A DNA stretch of 64,000 bases from Owenia fusiformis (Eukaryota): NCBI GenBank assembly GCA_903813345.2, contig CAIIXF020000001.1, positions 23,374,001 to 23,438,000 on the forward strand, given 5' to 3'. A program made the translations under genes and the position numbers. Of the stretch, positions 62,666-64,000 are shown piece by piece (the first letter of the stretch is position 1; every line of letters starts with the position of its first letter). The notes below the pieces were generated by a model. That model was not told where the DNA came from. It worked only from the letters and a program-made list of their open reading frames with translations, and did no database searches.

Positions 62666-63190
62666 AATATATTGTTTCTTGGTTTGGCAATGACTCATTC
62701 GTTGCTGTAATTTAAATATAAACATAAAAATACGAATACAACTAACTTTTGATCGTACGTTTATATTTCACATAATTTTAAAGTAATTTTGTATCCTCCA
62801 ACACATGCTTAATAAGGTTTTACAAAGACAATTCAAATAATTCAAAAATTAAATAATGACGATCTAAACAGTTTTATTAAGTACTTTCATTTCTCAAAAT
62901 AATAATCTAAAAAAATTTTTTCCAAAGATATAATATATTGTTTCTTGGTTTTGCAATGACTCATTCGTTGCTGTAATTTAAATATAAACATAAAAATACG
63001 CATACAACTAACTTTTGATCGTACGTTTATATTTCACATAATTTTAAAGTAATTTTGTATCCTCCAACATACGCTTAATAAGGTTTTACAAAGTCAGTTC
63101 AAATAATTCAAAAATTAAATAACGACGATCTAAACAGTTTTATTAAGTACTTTCATTTCTCAAAATAATAATCTAAAAATATTTTTTCCC
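62666..63190. repeat. Tandem duplication, 2 x about 266 bp
   Basis: AATATATTGTTTCTTGGTTT.GCAATGACTCATTCG starts at 62666 and 62932 with near-identical continuations. Confidence 0.9.
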
Positions 63191-64000
63191 AAATATGATA
63201 TTTTAATGTTTGGAGGATACAAAATATTGGACAGCCTAACTTGAATTCACGACACTCAAGCATATATCTCCATTGTCTGCAATCGAAGATATGTCATCAA
63301 AATGTACCTTCTGGCATATCTTTCACCAAAATAATGCATCAATAGTGTATATAAATATGGCCTATGTGTTGGAGGATACAAATATTTGACAAGTCGTATA
63401 CATATAGTAAAACACACTTAATTATGTGACTAAGACATATATCAAACATCCCGCTTACAAGAGTTGGTAGCACATACATTTTATTAACATGCTCAAAAAT
63501 ATCAGTGCAATCGATACATTTTAATTAGGTTAAGAAATCCGAGTTTATATTTGCCGAAAACATAAAATATTTCTTAATTGTCTAAAAATCCATCATTAAA
63601 GTGATCTTTTTTAAAAAGATAAGGAATATTCCAAACACGTACCTCGTGGTTATTGCTTAAAGTCTGGTCAACAAAAAATACATTGCATGTCCAGGAAATC
63701 AACATATGTCGCAGTCTCTAGTACAACGTCAACAGATTTCTAAAACATCAATTATCGTAAATTGTCCCTCATATTCTATCGATAAGGGGTAAACACCTAA
63801 ATGAATTTATCATCACAATCTAATTCAGGCCGAAGTTAATGGTTGGAGTGCTGCCCTTGCCTCTTGCGGTGATGACACGTCTGCAGACATGATACAATTA
63901 CAGCTGCTCTATTGGGGAATCAATATAAAAGAGAATGAACAGGAATGTCCCGGTCTGAATGTGGATGAGAAAATTTTAAAATATCTGACACCAAGTAAGT

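Larger units (their letters stand above)
47607..63994 (+). pseudogene. Paralog B of the secreted protein gene (continues beyond the window); exons 47607-47664, 59268-59369, 63829-63994; +1 frameshift in exon 2 (pseudogene or homopolymer error)
   Basis: Exon 1 MKMLAILTLTLVLHLCYGA. Exon 2 DFESCEKKVIMEIEK/TWLARFKSEVIGDFCATKQ needs one A removed from the A7 run at 59307-59313. Exon 3 AEVNGWSAALASCGDDTSADMIQLQLLYWGINIKENEQECPGLNVDEKILKYLTP has the same length (166 nt) and phases as A exon 3. Confidence 0.8.

Overview
AT-rich, intron-containing animal (invertebrate-type) genomic DNA. It is not prokaryotic, and most ORF-track entries are spurious. Genes rebuilt by hand from splice sites: (1) the 5' part of a secreted-protein gene on the minus strand running off the left edge (1-1695); (2) a two-coding-exon orphan gene of about 299 aa with an N-terminal hydrophobic segment (34124-35709, +); (3) a divergent profilin (38510-39336, -); (4) a tandem pair of paralogous genes for a secreted, 8-Cys, probably helical protein: copy A complete (41149-45591), copy B starting at 47607, frameshifted in exon 2 and running off the right edge; (5) a weaker three-exon microprotein/lncRNA candidate (about 18.1-31.7 kb, -). 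Mobile DNA is dense: an internally deleted Academ-type transposon (3802-8310), a second long-TIR element (about 9219-14364) containing a decayed DD41D Tc1/mariner, many MITEs with readable TSDs, and an APE-RT LINE with an uninterrupted ORF2 (55827-59180). The most striking structure is at 47761-55650: four Helentron-type non-autonomous elements (HINE/DINE-like) that appear nested inside each other. Each sits in the TTA microsatellite just behind the previous element's 5' hairpin, and the outermost splits the LINE's (TAA)n tail. The whole stack lies in intron 1 of paralog B, whose counterpart in paralog A is only 109 nt. All family assignments rest on motif recognition, not database searches.
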